A DNA stretch of 64,000 nucleotides from Stegostoma tigrinum (Eukaryota): NCBI RefSeq assembly GCF_030684315.1, contig NC_081379.1, positions 44,969,404 to 45,033,403 on the forward strand. Reading direction: 5' to 3'. The stretch's first letter is position 1. Every line of letters starts with the position of its first letter. Of this stretch, positions 40,195-52,000 are shown in pieces. The notes beneath the pieces are model-generated. The model was not told the origin of the DNA. It worked only from the letters and a program-made list of their open reading frames with translations, and ran no database searches. A program made the position numbers and the translations under genes.

Positions 40195-40757
40195 ATTGGC
40201 AGAAGACTGATGGGGCGCTAAATGGCTGGGTTGCATTTGTCCTACTTTTTGAGAATTGGACATACCTAGGAAATTTGCCATATTTTGGTTAGGTGCCAGT
40301 GTTGTTGTATTGGAGCAGCTCAGTTTAGGGATGTAGCTAAATCTGGAGCATCAGTCCAACTGTTGGAGTGCTCTCAGGACTTATAACCTTTGTTGCATTC
40401 ATTGCTTTCAGCCATCGTGTAGAGTAAATCAAATTGGCTGAAGATTGGCATCTGTGATGCTGAGGACCTTACAAGGAGGCTGAGATAGATTATCCACTGA
40501 GCACTTTTGACTGAAAATGGTTGCAGAAGCCTCAGCCTTAGCAGTTGCACAGTTTCTGAGCTTCTCCATCATTGAGGATTATGAAACTGGCGGAACTTCT
40601 TTCTCCTGTTAACTGTTTAATTGCGCACTAGCATTCATAACTGGATAGGGCTTGCAAGTAGTCCTGTGTTATAGTTTCACTAGGCTAACTGCTCAGTTTT
40701 TAGGTATGCCTGTTGCTGCTTTTGGTATACCATCATGCACTTGTAGTTGAACCAGGT
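40195..40757 (-). mobile_element. Second family-B LINE fragment
   Basis: Colinear with 52790-53430 and 20-430. Confidence 0.55.
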
Positions 40758-42385
40758 AATTTAATTAAATGCTTCTGAATTCAGTTTGAAGGAGTCCTTA
40801 AGAGCAGGGATTTTTTTCCGGAAAAAGGAGTTTGTTCAGAACAGTTAAGTGAATTTGTTATCTCACTGAAAGAATCTCAGTTGTGTGAATCAAAGAAAAA
40901 AGCATTGTACCTCACAGGATCAAACCAGAAATATTTAAATCAATCTACAGATTTGATTGATAAGGAAAATTGCTCTGAAATTTGATTCACTGTAAAGTGA
41001 TAGTGTAAGGGAGTAGCTGGGAGTTTGATTTGCTGGGTGTTTGAAATCTTTTAACTGTTATACGTGGTAACTTGGTATGTTTTATTTTAGTTTACTTAAT
41101 CAGAAGCAATACACGTCCGTTTAATTGTTAGAACGAAATCTGCAGCCTTGTGTGACTACAATTATGTTTCAGTGAAATATCACAACATAAATGGAAAAGA
41201 AAAGTATGATCCGCCGAGCTAGATTTCATTCTGGGATCTGACTTGTCAAGCTGGGATTACAAAACTACTGACAAGGGTTTCATCATCATCATTAGACTTG
41301 ATCTTGGTTCTGGATTTATTAATTAAATTACATTTCACCATCTGCATGTCCTCAGAGAATTAGGCTAGATCTCTAGATCTCTAAGCTGGTGACAGTACCA
41401 CTGCATGCGTCCTACTCCTGCTCCTCATTCAGCCTTAAGGTGGGTGATGTCTGAGGTCCTTCCCAATCTGTTGTATTATGTGAGACAGATTGGGAGGGCG
41501 ATCAATGTTTTATTTTGTCTGCCCTACCGCCTCCATATATGATGATGGTGGGTCAGACAATTCACTGCTGTCTTTCTTGTGGGCACAATATCCCTTTCAA
41601 CTGTCAGTTTTAATGAGGTCATCAATATTTCTTGTTCAAAGAACTTTAAAATCTTAATAGAAATGAAGAACAGTTAGAATTTCTTTATTTTTATTTTATG
41701 TTTATTTTCTTAAAGTACAGGTGAGGAAAATTTAAAATATTAAACTTATCCTATTCCAGATGAAATGCCCGATACTTTTTGATGTTAATTTGGATAGTTG
41801 GCATTTTGATTTTAACATTTTTAAGGTTCTGCTGGTTCCTACTCTGTATGTTTTATTGGGATCAGAAATTTACTCTAACTGACTGTCATTTCAGTAGTTA
41901 CAATAGCTGTCTGAAGTGTCATGTTAATTGGAGCCATACTGTTAGTGATTTTTCTGATAACTGATCTTAGATGGTCCGGTACTCAACCTGATTTAAAACC
42001 AAGTTTATGCCTCTGAAATTCATTTTTGATGCATGATTTGCCAGTAGGTGGTGCAAGGCACTTAGATTTTGAAGCTGTATTCAATATTAAAACTGTGAAT
42101 GTTTTTTGTGATCATTCATTTGTTCAGTCTCCATTGTTAAATCCTTTTTATTTTTGAGAATGCTCTGGTTAAAAAATGAATTTTTAAAATTTCTTCCAGT
42201 TACTATCAATTGACTAGATATACCACATTAATTATGGGAAATCTGGAATTGTAATGTAACAGATTGTGGTTTGCCCAACAGTGTAATACAGTAGATTTAG
42301 TAAAGCATATTATGAGCTGATTAATATAGCAATGTTAACTTAATGATAAGGAAGAAGACAGGCTTCACAGGTATAAGCACTGCAA

Positions 42386-42585
42386 TGGGGAGTTGGTTGG
42401 CTCAGTTGCCAAATGGCTGGTTTGGGGTGCAGTGTGACACTAACAGCATGGGTTCAATTCTCCACACCAACTGAGGTTACCATGAAAGACTCTCCTTCTC
42501 AGCATCTCCTCACCTAAGGTAGATTAAACCACCACAGGTTGTCTCTCTGTCTAATGAGAGAGTAAGACTATAGCAACTTCATTTT
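42386..42585 (+). mobile_element. tRNA-derived SINE (second family)
   Basis: TGGCTCAGTTG A box and GGGTTCAATTC B box; related copies in tandem at 58405-58855. Confidence 0.6.
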
Positions 42586-45500
42586 TTTTACTGCAATAAT
42601 ATTTGATTAACAATATACAAACTTACTGCATCTCCAGTAATCTTCACAATGCCCCAGCTTTCGCAGTCAGTGGCAAAAAGATGTTGCTTGCTGCCATCCT
42701 CTAAGAATGTTTTCCAAACAGACTTCACTAATCAACTATTGATCTTTGTGAATAATTTACAGATTGATCTGCATATCTGTTTTCTCCAATTTTTATCTTT
42801 TTAGATTCGCATCTTATTTTTAACCTGTATGTTGTATTTCTGATTATTTTCACGTTTACTAATTAATAAACTCATTGTTTGTTAAATCAGCAAAGTTGGG
42901 TTTAAATTGGCTCATTGTAAACTTTCAGTTCACTTGGGTCTATTCTACTTTGTATGGTATTTTTAGTGTTTCTTAATTTCATCCAAAAAATGGTTTGTAA
43001 CTTGGCCGTCTGATTGTCATGCATGCTTTGACCATTGTAGTTCTCATGATACATCTTTGTTAACCACGGAGAATTTGTTGGCAGGAGTTTGTAATCTCCA
43101 GGATCCAAGGGATTAGAGTAAATGAAATATACTCCAAATTAAAGCTGAAATGAAATCAGAATATACTGGGAATGTATATCAACTCTGTCAGCATTTGTAA
43201 AGGGAATATCAAACATCTAACTGGCATATTTCTGATTGTTGTGATATAAATAGTCTATTAAATTTGCAGGATGAGCCCTTTTCTCATTTCATACATATTT
43301 AGTTGATAGTTCTCAGTTTTGTTCTATCTTTGCCTCCAAAGCGTGTAATTTTTAGTCCATACAAATTGAGCCGTGCCAGATTCATTGACCTCAATGCAAT
43401 GTTTGACCATGAGCTTATCTTGGCAACTTAAGCTAGTGGAGATAGAGGGAGTGCCAGAAGGATGAAACATAAAAAACAATCAAATTTATCTGGGTTTTTT
43501 CTGAAAATCATTTTTGGGCTTTGGATTATTTTTGAGTTATGGTTTCCTATGATTATGCTTGACCCAGATTTATCTGTCCCAGTCAGACATCATCATCATT
43601 GGTAGAAGAGATGAATAATTTTGTTTACAACAACTGTGTGATGGGATTACATTGCACTGGAAGTACTTTATCTTCCTTTTCCATGGTAACATTCTCCTTT
43701 GACATTTTGAAACACAACCTCTGTGCCTTTTCTGAGGCAATAATACTACGGCTGCAAAACAAGAAGTCAAAATGACATCTGCTTCAGGTTATTAAAGCTG
43801 TAACAATAGAGGATAGATGCTGTAGCCATTGAAATACTTTGGTGTCTGTAAACCAGTTAGGATTTTCTGTTCTGATATCAGCATGATAATTCATTCATGT
43901 GACGTGCTGCTGAGGTAAGTGTCGAAGATTTTTTTTGGCTGGTGCGGTTGCTCTGTTGCAGTGAATAAAGATGTTTTTCTCTACGTCCTGCCGCATTATT
44001 AAAATTTGCTTGGTGCTTGCAAGTTTTTTTAATGTTGATGATAAGCATCAACCTGATTGTCCTGATGTTTTATTTGCTAGTTGGCTAGCAAAACAACATG
44101 GGCAGCAAACCGTGGAGGAATTAACTATTGCAAAGCAGCGTACTGTGGAGCACAGACAGACCGTTCCATGACTGTCAGCAAGGCATCAGGATAGTATGTT
44201 GTCCGCCTGATGCTAGGGTCAAGGATATCTCAGACAGGGTGCAGAATATTCAGAAAGGGGAGGGTGACCAGCAGGAGGTCGTTGTTTATGATGGTACCAT
44301 TGACATAGGTAGGAAACAGGGAAAGGGATTTCTGTGAAAATATAAAAAATCTCAAATCCCACCCAATTCACTTCAAACATGCCGACTTCCAGTTTTAGGG
44401 CAGTACAGGGACTGGGCATCCAGAAAGGGGGTCATTTAAATGAAGAGTAAGGTTTGTGTCTCAGACCCTATCTCCATTTTAGGTTTAACTGTGGTACCAG
44501 AAAATTGGGGGAATGTAACAGTTAAACAGAGGCAAGTACTGTTGTATCATGGCAATAAGGCGTCTCTCCCTCACTGCTTAGGGGCTGACAAGAGTAGGAA
44601 TTCTTCTTCTGAGAAGCCCAATCTAGCTTCCCCTTCCACGCTCCTCCAACTCTCCTGGGAACTCAGAATTGTTTGAGTTCTGAAAAAGAATCATATTTGT
44701 CTCGAAATGTTAACTGTTTTTCTTAACACAGATTCTGCTAGACCTGCTGAATCTCTCCATCATTCTCTTTGTGTTTCCAGCTTCCACAGTATTTTTCCTT
44801 TATAGGACAAAGGTATTTCATCAACCCATAAATGCTGCTTTTCTCCATCATTGACTATTTGTCACAATAACTTATACAGGATTTTGTGTTATTTTGTTCT
44901 TTCTATTTGAAAGGTCTGAATTTTAGCAAAATATTTCTAAAGTAAACTAGGTGTCAATTTCAGGGAGTTTCATGGAGGGTTTCTATCTGTAAGCCTGGTC
45001 AAGAGCCGCCAGCCAGGAACTGCCCTTTACAGCGCTCACAGTGGAAGAAAAATGAAAAGTAAATCTTCTGAGGGCACATAGGTGGCATGGGTTACAAATA
45101 GAAGTTCATGTTAGTAAATGGACTGTAATAAGAGGGAAATGCTGCACATGCTGGAGGTCTGAAATAAAAACAAAAAATGCGGGAGAAACTCAACAGATCT
45201 GGCAACTTCTACAGAGGGAAATAGAGGTACCATTTCAAGCCATATGAACTCAGCAATGTGGTCTGGGGGTTGTGCAATGCATTCATCAGCCATGTTTATG
45301 GATCTTTGGAACTTGACAGTTGAACAAAAAGCTTAGTGCAACTGTCACCTTGACAGCCACTCGGACAGGATGGCCATCCACTACTGCATATCACAAGTTC
45401 CACTCCAACAGTGACATGTTACACTATTCTAAGACATCTTATATCTGTGTGGCAATGGGAATTCCCTCACCTGGAAGACATAGCATTGAAGTTGATAGAC

Positions 45501-46657
45501 CTTTGACATTCTGGATCATCTGTGCATCCTTAGGGGATCTTCAGCTGCAGCTTTTTCACGGAAACTATTCAGCAAATGCTGGAGGGTACTTTAGATATTG
45601 GGCTGACTAAAGTATTTACGGCTTTTAATTTCTCTGTGCTGTCAGAGCACATGGCTCCAATGATAACCCCTTCTGTAGCAGGATCTCAATTGGATGTGGT
45701 TTCAATGAATGTGTGTGGGGAATATCAGAAACAGAACAGTTTCTTAGTAAAGTGAGCATTCAGCATTTGCATCACACACAAATGACAATTTAGCACAGTC
45801 TTCTATGTGATGGGGCATGGGAGACCCAGACAAGAAAAACTATGGACAATGTTCCTCCTAACTTTCTTACTGGCTTTGCCGGCCTCAAGTCTGTGTGTGA
45901 CAGTAACTTCTGGAATTGGAAGTCAGTGCCACATACTGATTACCACACATGGAACCTAGGTGTGCACAGCCACATAGTTTAGAGGGAACATTGCCCATGG
46001 AATGACATTATTTGGACCTTTGTAGGGGACTTCATTCCAATATATGACTTCATATCCAAGCTATGCTGTGCACATACAGTTGGAGATTGTAAATGCAGTA
46101 GGATTACCGAAAAATTACCCTATAGCCCCACTATTCACGCCACCTACATCACTAAAGAAAAGCAGCATTTTGCTGAATACTTACAGTTCAAGGTGAGAGG
46201 TAATATGTGACCTTTTGATCCATGACCTGTGGGACTTTGGATCATCTTAATGAATTGTGGCTCATAAGTAACACTTTTAAGGTCACCTGTAATTACTTCT
46301 GCTTCATGCACTGATCCATATCCACATGGTTGGACAGTACATTCATTTCACATGCAGAGTGCTGTGATTACTGATGTCCTCAACTGTGTAGATGCCTGAT
46401 CAATGCATTTGAAACTTGAAGGACTTCACATTACTCACAATTACAATCTGCATGTACAGAGGAAAAGAAAAGACTTCCTATGCCTATTCTGGGTGTGGTT
46501 ATGACCATTTTCCATTTCCACTGCACATTTGCCATTTAGACAAGAATGGAAGCTAAAAGAGATAATGGGAACTGCAGATGCTGGAGAATCCAAGATAATA
46601 AGTTGTGAAGCTGGATGAACACAGCAGGCCAAGCAGCATCTCAGGAGCACAAAAGCT

Positions 46658-46685
46658 GACGTTTCGGGCCTAGACCCTTCATCAG
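46658..46685 (-). ncRNA. Minimal type-I hammerhead ribozyme motif in PLE tail
   Basis: Minus strand CTGATGA-AGGGTCTAGGCCC-GAAAC-GTC: core boxes, stem II GGGT/GCCC and a GUC cleavage triplet. Confidence 0.7.
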
Positions 46686-47003
46686 AGAGGGGGATGGGGT
46701 GAGGGTTCTGGAATAATTAGGGAGAGAGGGGGAGGCGGACCGAAGATGGAGAGAAAAGAAGATAGGTGGAGAGTAGAGCATAGGTAGGGAGGTAAGGAGG
46801 GGATAGGTCTGTCCAGGGAAGACGGACAGGTCAAGGAGGTGGGATGAGGTTAGTAGGTAGGAAATGGAGGTGCGGCTTGGGGTGGGAGGAAGGGATGGGT
46901 GAGAGGAAGAACAGGTTAGGGAGGCAGAGACAGTCGGGGCTGTTTTTGGGATGCAGTGGGTGGAAGGGAAGAGCTGGGCTGGTTGTGTAGTGCAGTGGGG
47001 GAA

Positions 47004-47209
47004 GAGAGATCTCCTCTCCCTCACAGTGGGGTAAAGGTGAGTGAGTAGTCTGAGAGATCTCCTCTCCCCTACAGGGGGGAGAGGAGATCTCTCAGACTAC
47101 TCACTCACTTTTACCCACCTGTAGGGGAGTGGGTTCTCTTAGACTACTCACTGACTTTTACCCCCCTGTTGGGGGACAGGGGGGGAAATCTCTCAGACTA
47201 CTCGCTCAC
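47004..47209. repeat. ~48-54-bp minisatellite with internal inversion (perfect 33-bp hairpin)
   Basis: AGACTACTC recurs at 47094, 47141 and 47195; inverted units start at 47004 and 47052. 47037-47069 is the exact reverse complement of 47076-47108. Confidence 0.9.
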
Positions 47210-47623
47210 CTTGCTGATAGTGCTGTGGTACGGGTGCTCGGCGTCCATGGGGGGCGGCGGGATGTCGAACGACCTCCTCCAGACGCGGACCTGCTCCTCC
47301 CCGTGGCGGGCGGCGGTCTCCGCCTTGTTGAGGCTGGTCAGGGCGCCGTAGTGCCGCTCGTTGAGGCGCCAGGAGCGGGTGATGGGCAGCCACATCTGGT
47401 CGGTGGTGTCCAGGATGATCCAGAGGGTGCGGATGGCCCTCCGCAGCACCGAGGTGTAGCAGCAGTCGAACAGGTAGCCGGCATCCCGCAGGGCCTCGGC
47501 CTCCCGCTGCGCCTCGCCGACCCCCTTCTCGCTCAGCTCCGCGTCGAACCAGCCGCAGAAGCGGTTCTCCTGGTTCCAGGTGCTCTCGCCGTGCCGCACC
47601 AGCACCAGGCGGTGACACGCCAT
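47210..47623 (-). pseudogene. PGAM2: Phosphoglycerate mutase (PGAM2-type) first exon, isolated unprocessed copy with open frame
   Basis: [67 protein letters not shown]; 138 codons with the RHG motif, then a phase-0 AAG|GTGAGC donor. An uninterrupted 414-nt first exon fits PGAM2 rather than PGAM1 (from recalled human gene structures). No downstream exons were recognised. Confidence 0.8.
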
Positions 47624-47953
47624 CGCCGCAACGGAGACCGGGTCCGACTCAGGCGCCGCTCCGCAGGCCGCGCCTCCCCCCACTGCATCCCAAAACCAGC
47701 CCAGCCTGTCTCTGCCTCCCTAACCTGTTCTTCCTCTCACCCATCCCTTCCTCCCACCCCAAGCCGCACCTCCATTTCCTACCTACTAACCTCATCCCCC
47801 CTCCTTGACCTGTCCGTCTTCCCTGGACTGACCTATCCCCTCCCTACCTCCCCACCTATACTCTCCTCTCCACCTATCTTCTTTTCTCTCCATCTTCGGT
47901 CCGCCTTCCCCCCTCTCCCTATTTATTCCAGAACACTCACCCCATCCCCCTCT

Positions 47954-47981
47954 CTGATGAAGGGTCTAGGCCCGAAACGTC
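47954..47981 (+). ncRNA. Minimal type-I hammerhead ribozyme motif in PLE tail
   Basis: CTGATGA-AGGGTCTAGGCCC-GAAAC-GTC, identical to the left-arm motif. Confidence 0.7.
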
Positions 47982-48387
47982 AGCTTTTGTGCTCCTGAGA
48001 TGCTGCTTGGCCTGCTGTGTTCATCCAGCTTCACACTTTATTATCTTGGAAGCTAACAGAGGTTGTCCTTTGCGGAGTGAATTGTGGGCTCAGCCGGGTA
48101 ATCAAAGGGCTCCCCGATATCTGTATGTTCTTTTTTCTGCTGACCCCATCAGAATGTGCTTTCATATGTTATCACTAAACTCTTTCATTGAAGTCTTCAC
48201 TGTACAATTTACCTTCCAAGCTCTGGCATTTCAGCTTAGTTGTGCTGCACTGCCTTGCCATCAAAGTCAGGGTAATTGTGAATGTCAACAATTCTCCCCA
48301 CCTCCTGCAGTAAACCATATCTCATAATATATTGTTCTCTCCCACCCTGATATTTTGAGTTCCCTCTGCACAATTACTGTCTCCTCT

Positions 48388-49030
48388 GAGATGACAAGAA
48401 CTGCTGATGCTGGAGTCTGAGACAACGCAGTGTGGGGCTGAATGAACACAGTAGGCCAGGCAGCATAGAGGAGCAGAAAAGTTGATATTTCGATTCGAGA
48501 CCGTTCTTCAGAAATGTGGAGGGGAAGGGACCTCAGAAGTAAATAGGAGGAGTGGGGCTGGGGAAGGTAGGTGGGGTGGTGATAAGTGAGTGCAGGTAGG
48601 CCGTGGTAGGGATTGGTCAGTGAGTTGGGAGGGGCGGATAGGTGCGAGAAAAGGTGGACAGGTTGTGTCAGGTCAAGGAGGCAGCATGAGATGGAGGGTT
48701 GATCATGGGTTGACGCTGGGGGTGGGGAGATTTTGAAACTGGTGAAATCCAGTTAAACGCCATTGGGCTGTAGTCTCCCAAGCCAGAATATGAGGTGCTG
48801 CTCCTTCGGTTTGTAGCTGGCATCATTGTGACACTGGAGGAGGTGCAGGATGGACATGTCACCTTAGGAGTGGGAGGGGGAGTTAACATGGTTTGCAAAC
48901 AGAAAGTGCTGCCATTTGTCTTGCACTGAGTGTAGATGCTCTACAAAATGGTCTCCGAATCTCCACTTAGTCTCACCAATGTAGAGGAGGCCACATCAGG
49001 TGCAGTGGATGCAGTAGACCAAGTTGACTG
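48388..49030 (-). mobile_element. PLE (Neptune-type) GIY-YIG and tail, older copy
   Basis: Homologous to 23800-24410 and 61420-61930 (CGLLYIGETKWRFGDHFVEHL). Confidence 0.8.
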
Positions 49031-52000
49031 TCCCTTCTGTATTTGCAGCATGATGCCTCGGTTTCCACAGTTGACTTCCCCAGCTTCTCTACCACAGCAG
49101 TAATGAGCCTGCTTGACTTTCACTGAGCAGACGCCTAGTACTGATTGTGGCCCAGCCTGTCTGACTTCAACAGACGTCCCAAATGTTGAGTGATTTCAGT
49201 CCTGACTGATCTCTGTGCAGATTTTTGACTGACTTAATATGTGACTGACTTAATGTGAATCCCTGAGCTTCTGTGGGTTTATGGAACTCTGATTTTGACC
49301 ACCCCAAGCTGTGACCCGACCAAATCTGAGCCCCTTGATTGAGATCAGATGCTGCCTTTTACTGACTAACGACTGCATCTTCTAACAAAGTACTGCTGCC
49401 CAAAGATTACGACTGAAGCACTTTCAGTGTCTTTCCCACAAAGGCTATTGGCACATAGTGTAGGTGTGACATTGATATAGCATTGTATTCTATGGCAACA
49501 TTTTCATTCCTTTGATTGACCACCAATGACAACTGGAAGAAATAGCCTATCTTCGTGCTAATCAGCAAGACAAGACAGAAGTACTGTGAGCTTGTGATTT
49601 CTGAATGAGGTAGCAAAGCACAAAGGCAAGGCATGACATGGGACATATGCTGTGCCCGTAAAATGGGAGTAACGTAGTGAGCACTGAGAAAGCAAATGAG
49701 GAGCTCTGAGATGTATCCTTCTCCAATCTATGACATGGGTGCTTGTTCCTGCATGCAAAGTCTCCTGGCAGCAGCATTACAATGAAAGATCCTTTCATTG
49801 TTCTCTAAAGTGCAGCACTGAAATGGAGAACTATATTCTAAGTGAATTGGGAATGTGTACTGAGGATGTGGTGAGGCTGGTGCATCTCCAATGGCAACAT
49901 ATGTGGATGGAGGCTACATAGGCACATATTGCCCATGGACTGTAACCTGAGATGGTGGACTGCTGTCCAAAATGGAGGCCTCAAGTAGCAAACAGTGAGC
50001 TGGAGTTGCCAGATGCCAGCTTTGACTTTCCTGTCAAGAATTGTCATTGTCCAGTTTCTCTATTTCATGTGGGAGAATAGGAAACTGCCCGTAAATGAGG
50101 TGACATTAGATACTAATAAAATGATAATGCATGCAAATAAGTTCCTCGCTGCTCACTATTTAAATATTGGTTACAAAATTAGATTGTGTCCTTCTCAACG
50201 TCAAGAACCTCATTTTTCTTATTTTACTATACTTCTCCAACTGTCCATTGCCCATTGTTGTTCATGCCTGAGAAAATTCAACCCAAAGATTCGATTATTT
50301 TTAAAGTGGTTGCCTTATTAAATTGAAACTATATATTGCTAATTCTCTCCTTGACGTTTGCTTGTTCTTACACCTGATGCTAATGTTCAATTTGTAATTT
50401 GTAAAATGTATAGAATTCCTTGACTGAATCATTGTTCGCTTTTAAATCGGGAGCATTTATTATACAAGCTGGCTGCCATTCATCTTAATCATATACCTGT
50501 TATTAAATGTATCATCAACATAATTGAATGTTTGATGCTTAATGATGGTTATTTCCCTGTATCTACTTGCAAAGCTTAAGCGCCATTTCACAATGTCTTT
50601 CACAGCACAATGGAATAACGTGGCAAATAGTAATTACAGTGAAGCCTGACACAGTATCATAGCAACGAGATATTTCACAAGCTTCTACATTTTGGGCAGA
50701 TTCTTAGAAGAAGAAAATCTAAATTAAAACAGGTAAAGCTTTGACGTGTGGATAGAGATACAAGGTTATATCCTGCTGGTAGGGACCCCCCACAGGAACA
50801 GTGAAATAGCTTTGTGGATAAACCACAATGAGTGTGACATACAGAAACCTGTAAGGAACAAGCTTCAGAAATATCACTCAAAATTATTCTTTAACAATTT
50901 GTGAATGTTTTGTGCTCTTTTTCAAGCTTATTTTCAGACAAGTAATTGAATGTAAGCATTATTGAACACTTATAGACAGAAATCACTTATTTCAGAGATT
51001 GATTTAATGACTATTTAAAACATCTTACAGTGTTGTTTTAAGTGTTAAAAAGGCAAAATGAATTTGATTTATGTTCTGTTCTGAATGATCAAACACTTCA
51101 CCCCAGCTTCTGATAGGTGTTGATGTATAATTCTTGGGTGGAATCACAGAATGGACAGTATTGCATGGCTCACTTGTATAATGTCTGATTGCATAGAGAT
51201 GTTTATAGGGACTCTTATTGGTGCCCCAGCTATTTGCACTGTCCAAATGTTGAGGCTGTCACTGAGGAAGATTAGGGTGCTACCATTTGAAGAGACCCCA
51301 CTAACTGAGGGACCAACTGTGCAGTAGGGTTCAGTGATAGAGGCTATCCTTTCAACGATATGTGTGCAGCAGCCTCTGGAGTTGCCGCTATTGGTCATGG
51401 CACAATGAAGACAACGATCATGCACATTGCATATCCAAACTGAGGCAAATGAGCAGTCTGCCTCTACTTCCTCCAAGGCAATAAGATGAAAACTTCGTAG
51501 AGGTGACTGAGAGTGGACGTCACAATTTGAAGTAGAGCACTGATTAGCTCACTGGGTGTCTTATCAAATGTGGCTGAGCATTTTTGATCTTTTTGACCAC
51601 CGTGTAAATACTGATATATGAAGCCCGCTGTGTGAACTTCTTTTGATTACTGCCAATGGAAGGAAAAACAATGAAGTGATGAAGGGGAAAACGGGCCCAT
51701 GAATAGTGACGGGGAAGCTGCAGGCCAGTGGTTTCCAACTTTTTCAGAAACACACCATATTTGAATGAAACAAACAATTCCATGGTATGCCCACTCTTAT
51801 CAGCTCAATTGATTGTTCATAAACATCACATTTTCTTGTATTGTACTTGCATTACTGTGGTATGGTCTTACCAGAGATGTTTGTAGTATAGTGAAAACAA
51901 CAAACTAGAGAAGCACATGTGTATCAAATCAACTCGAAAAAAATACACTGTTTTCGTTGTCAGCATAGATGAATTTTCAAAATCTGCTGAACTACTTTTA

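Larger units (their letters stand above)
46557..48050. mobile_element. Composite PLE insertion: two inverted tails enclosing a captured PGAM exon
   Basis: Left arm about 46559-47010 (-), right arm about 47673-48050 (+), with about 15 mismatches over ~370 nt by eye. TGGAAGCTAA[A/C]AGAG occurs at 46547-46561 and 48047-48061. Confidence 0.85.

Noticed and set aside
43895-44005. Perfect GAG|GTAAGT donor followed by AATAAA
   Set aside because: No upstream acceptor or in-frame RSPH14-like peptide; probably chance or an LTR remnant.
47004-47209. CRISPR-like repeat-spacer appearance
   Set aside because: Units are similar along their whole length with no unique spacers, in a eukaryotic context; it is a minisatellite.
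47210-47623. Bacterial contamination or horizontal transfer suggested by high GC
   Set aside because: The protein is vertebrate PGAM-like and ends at a conserved spliceosomal intron position.
47624-47683. N-terminal extension MGGGAACG.. on the PGAM ORF
   Set aside because: Starts at a GTG inside the PLE arm; the homologous start is the ATG at 47623.
47129-47998. 289-aa plus-strand ORF, the longest in the window
   Set aside because: Antisense shadow of the GC-rich PGAM exon running into the stop-poor pyrimidine PLE tail; no recognisable protein.
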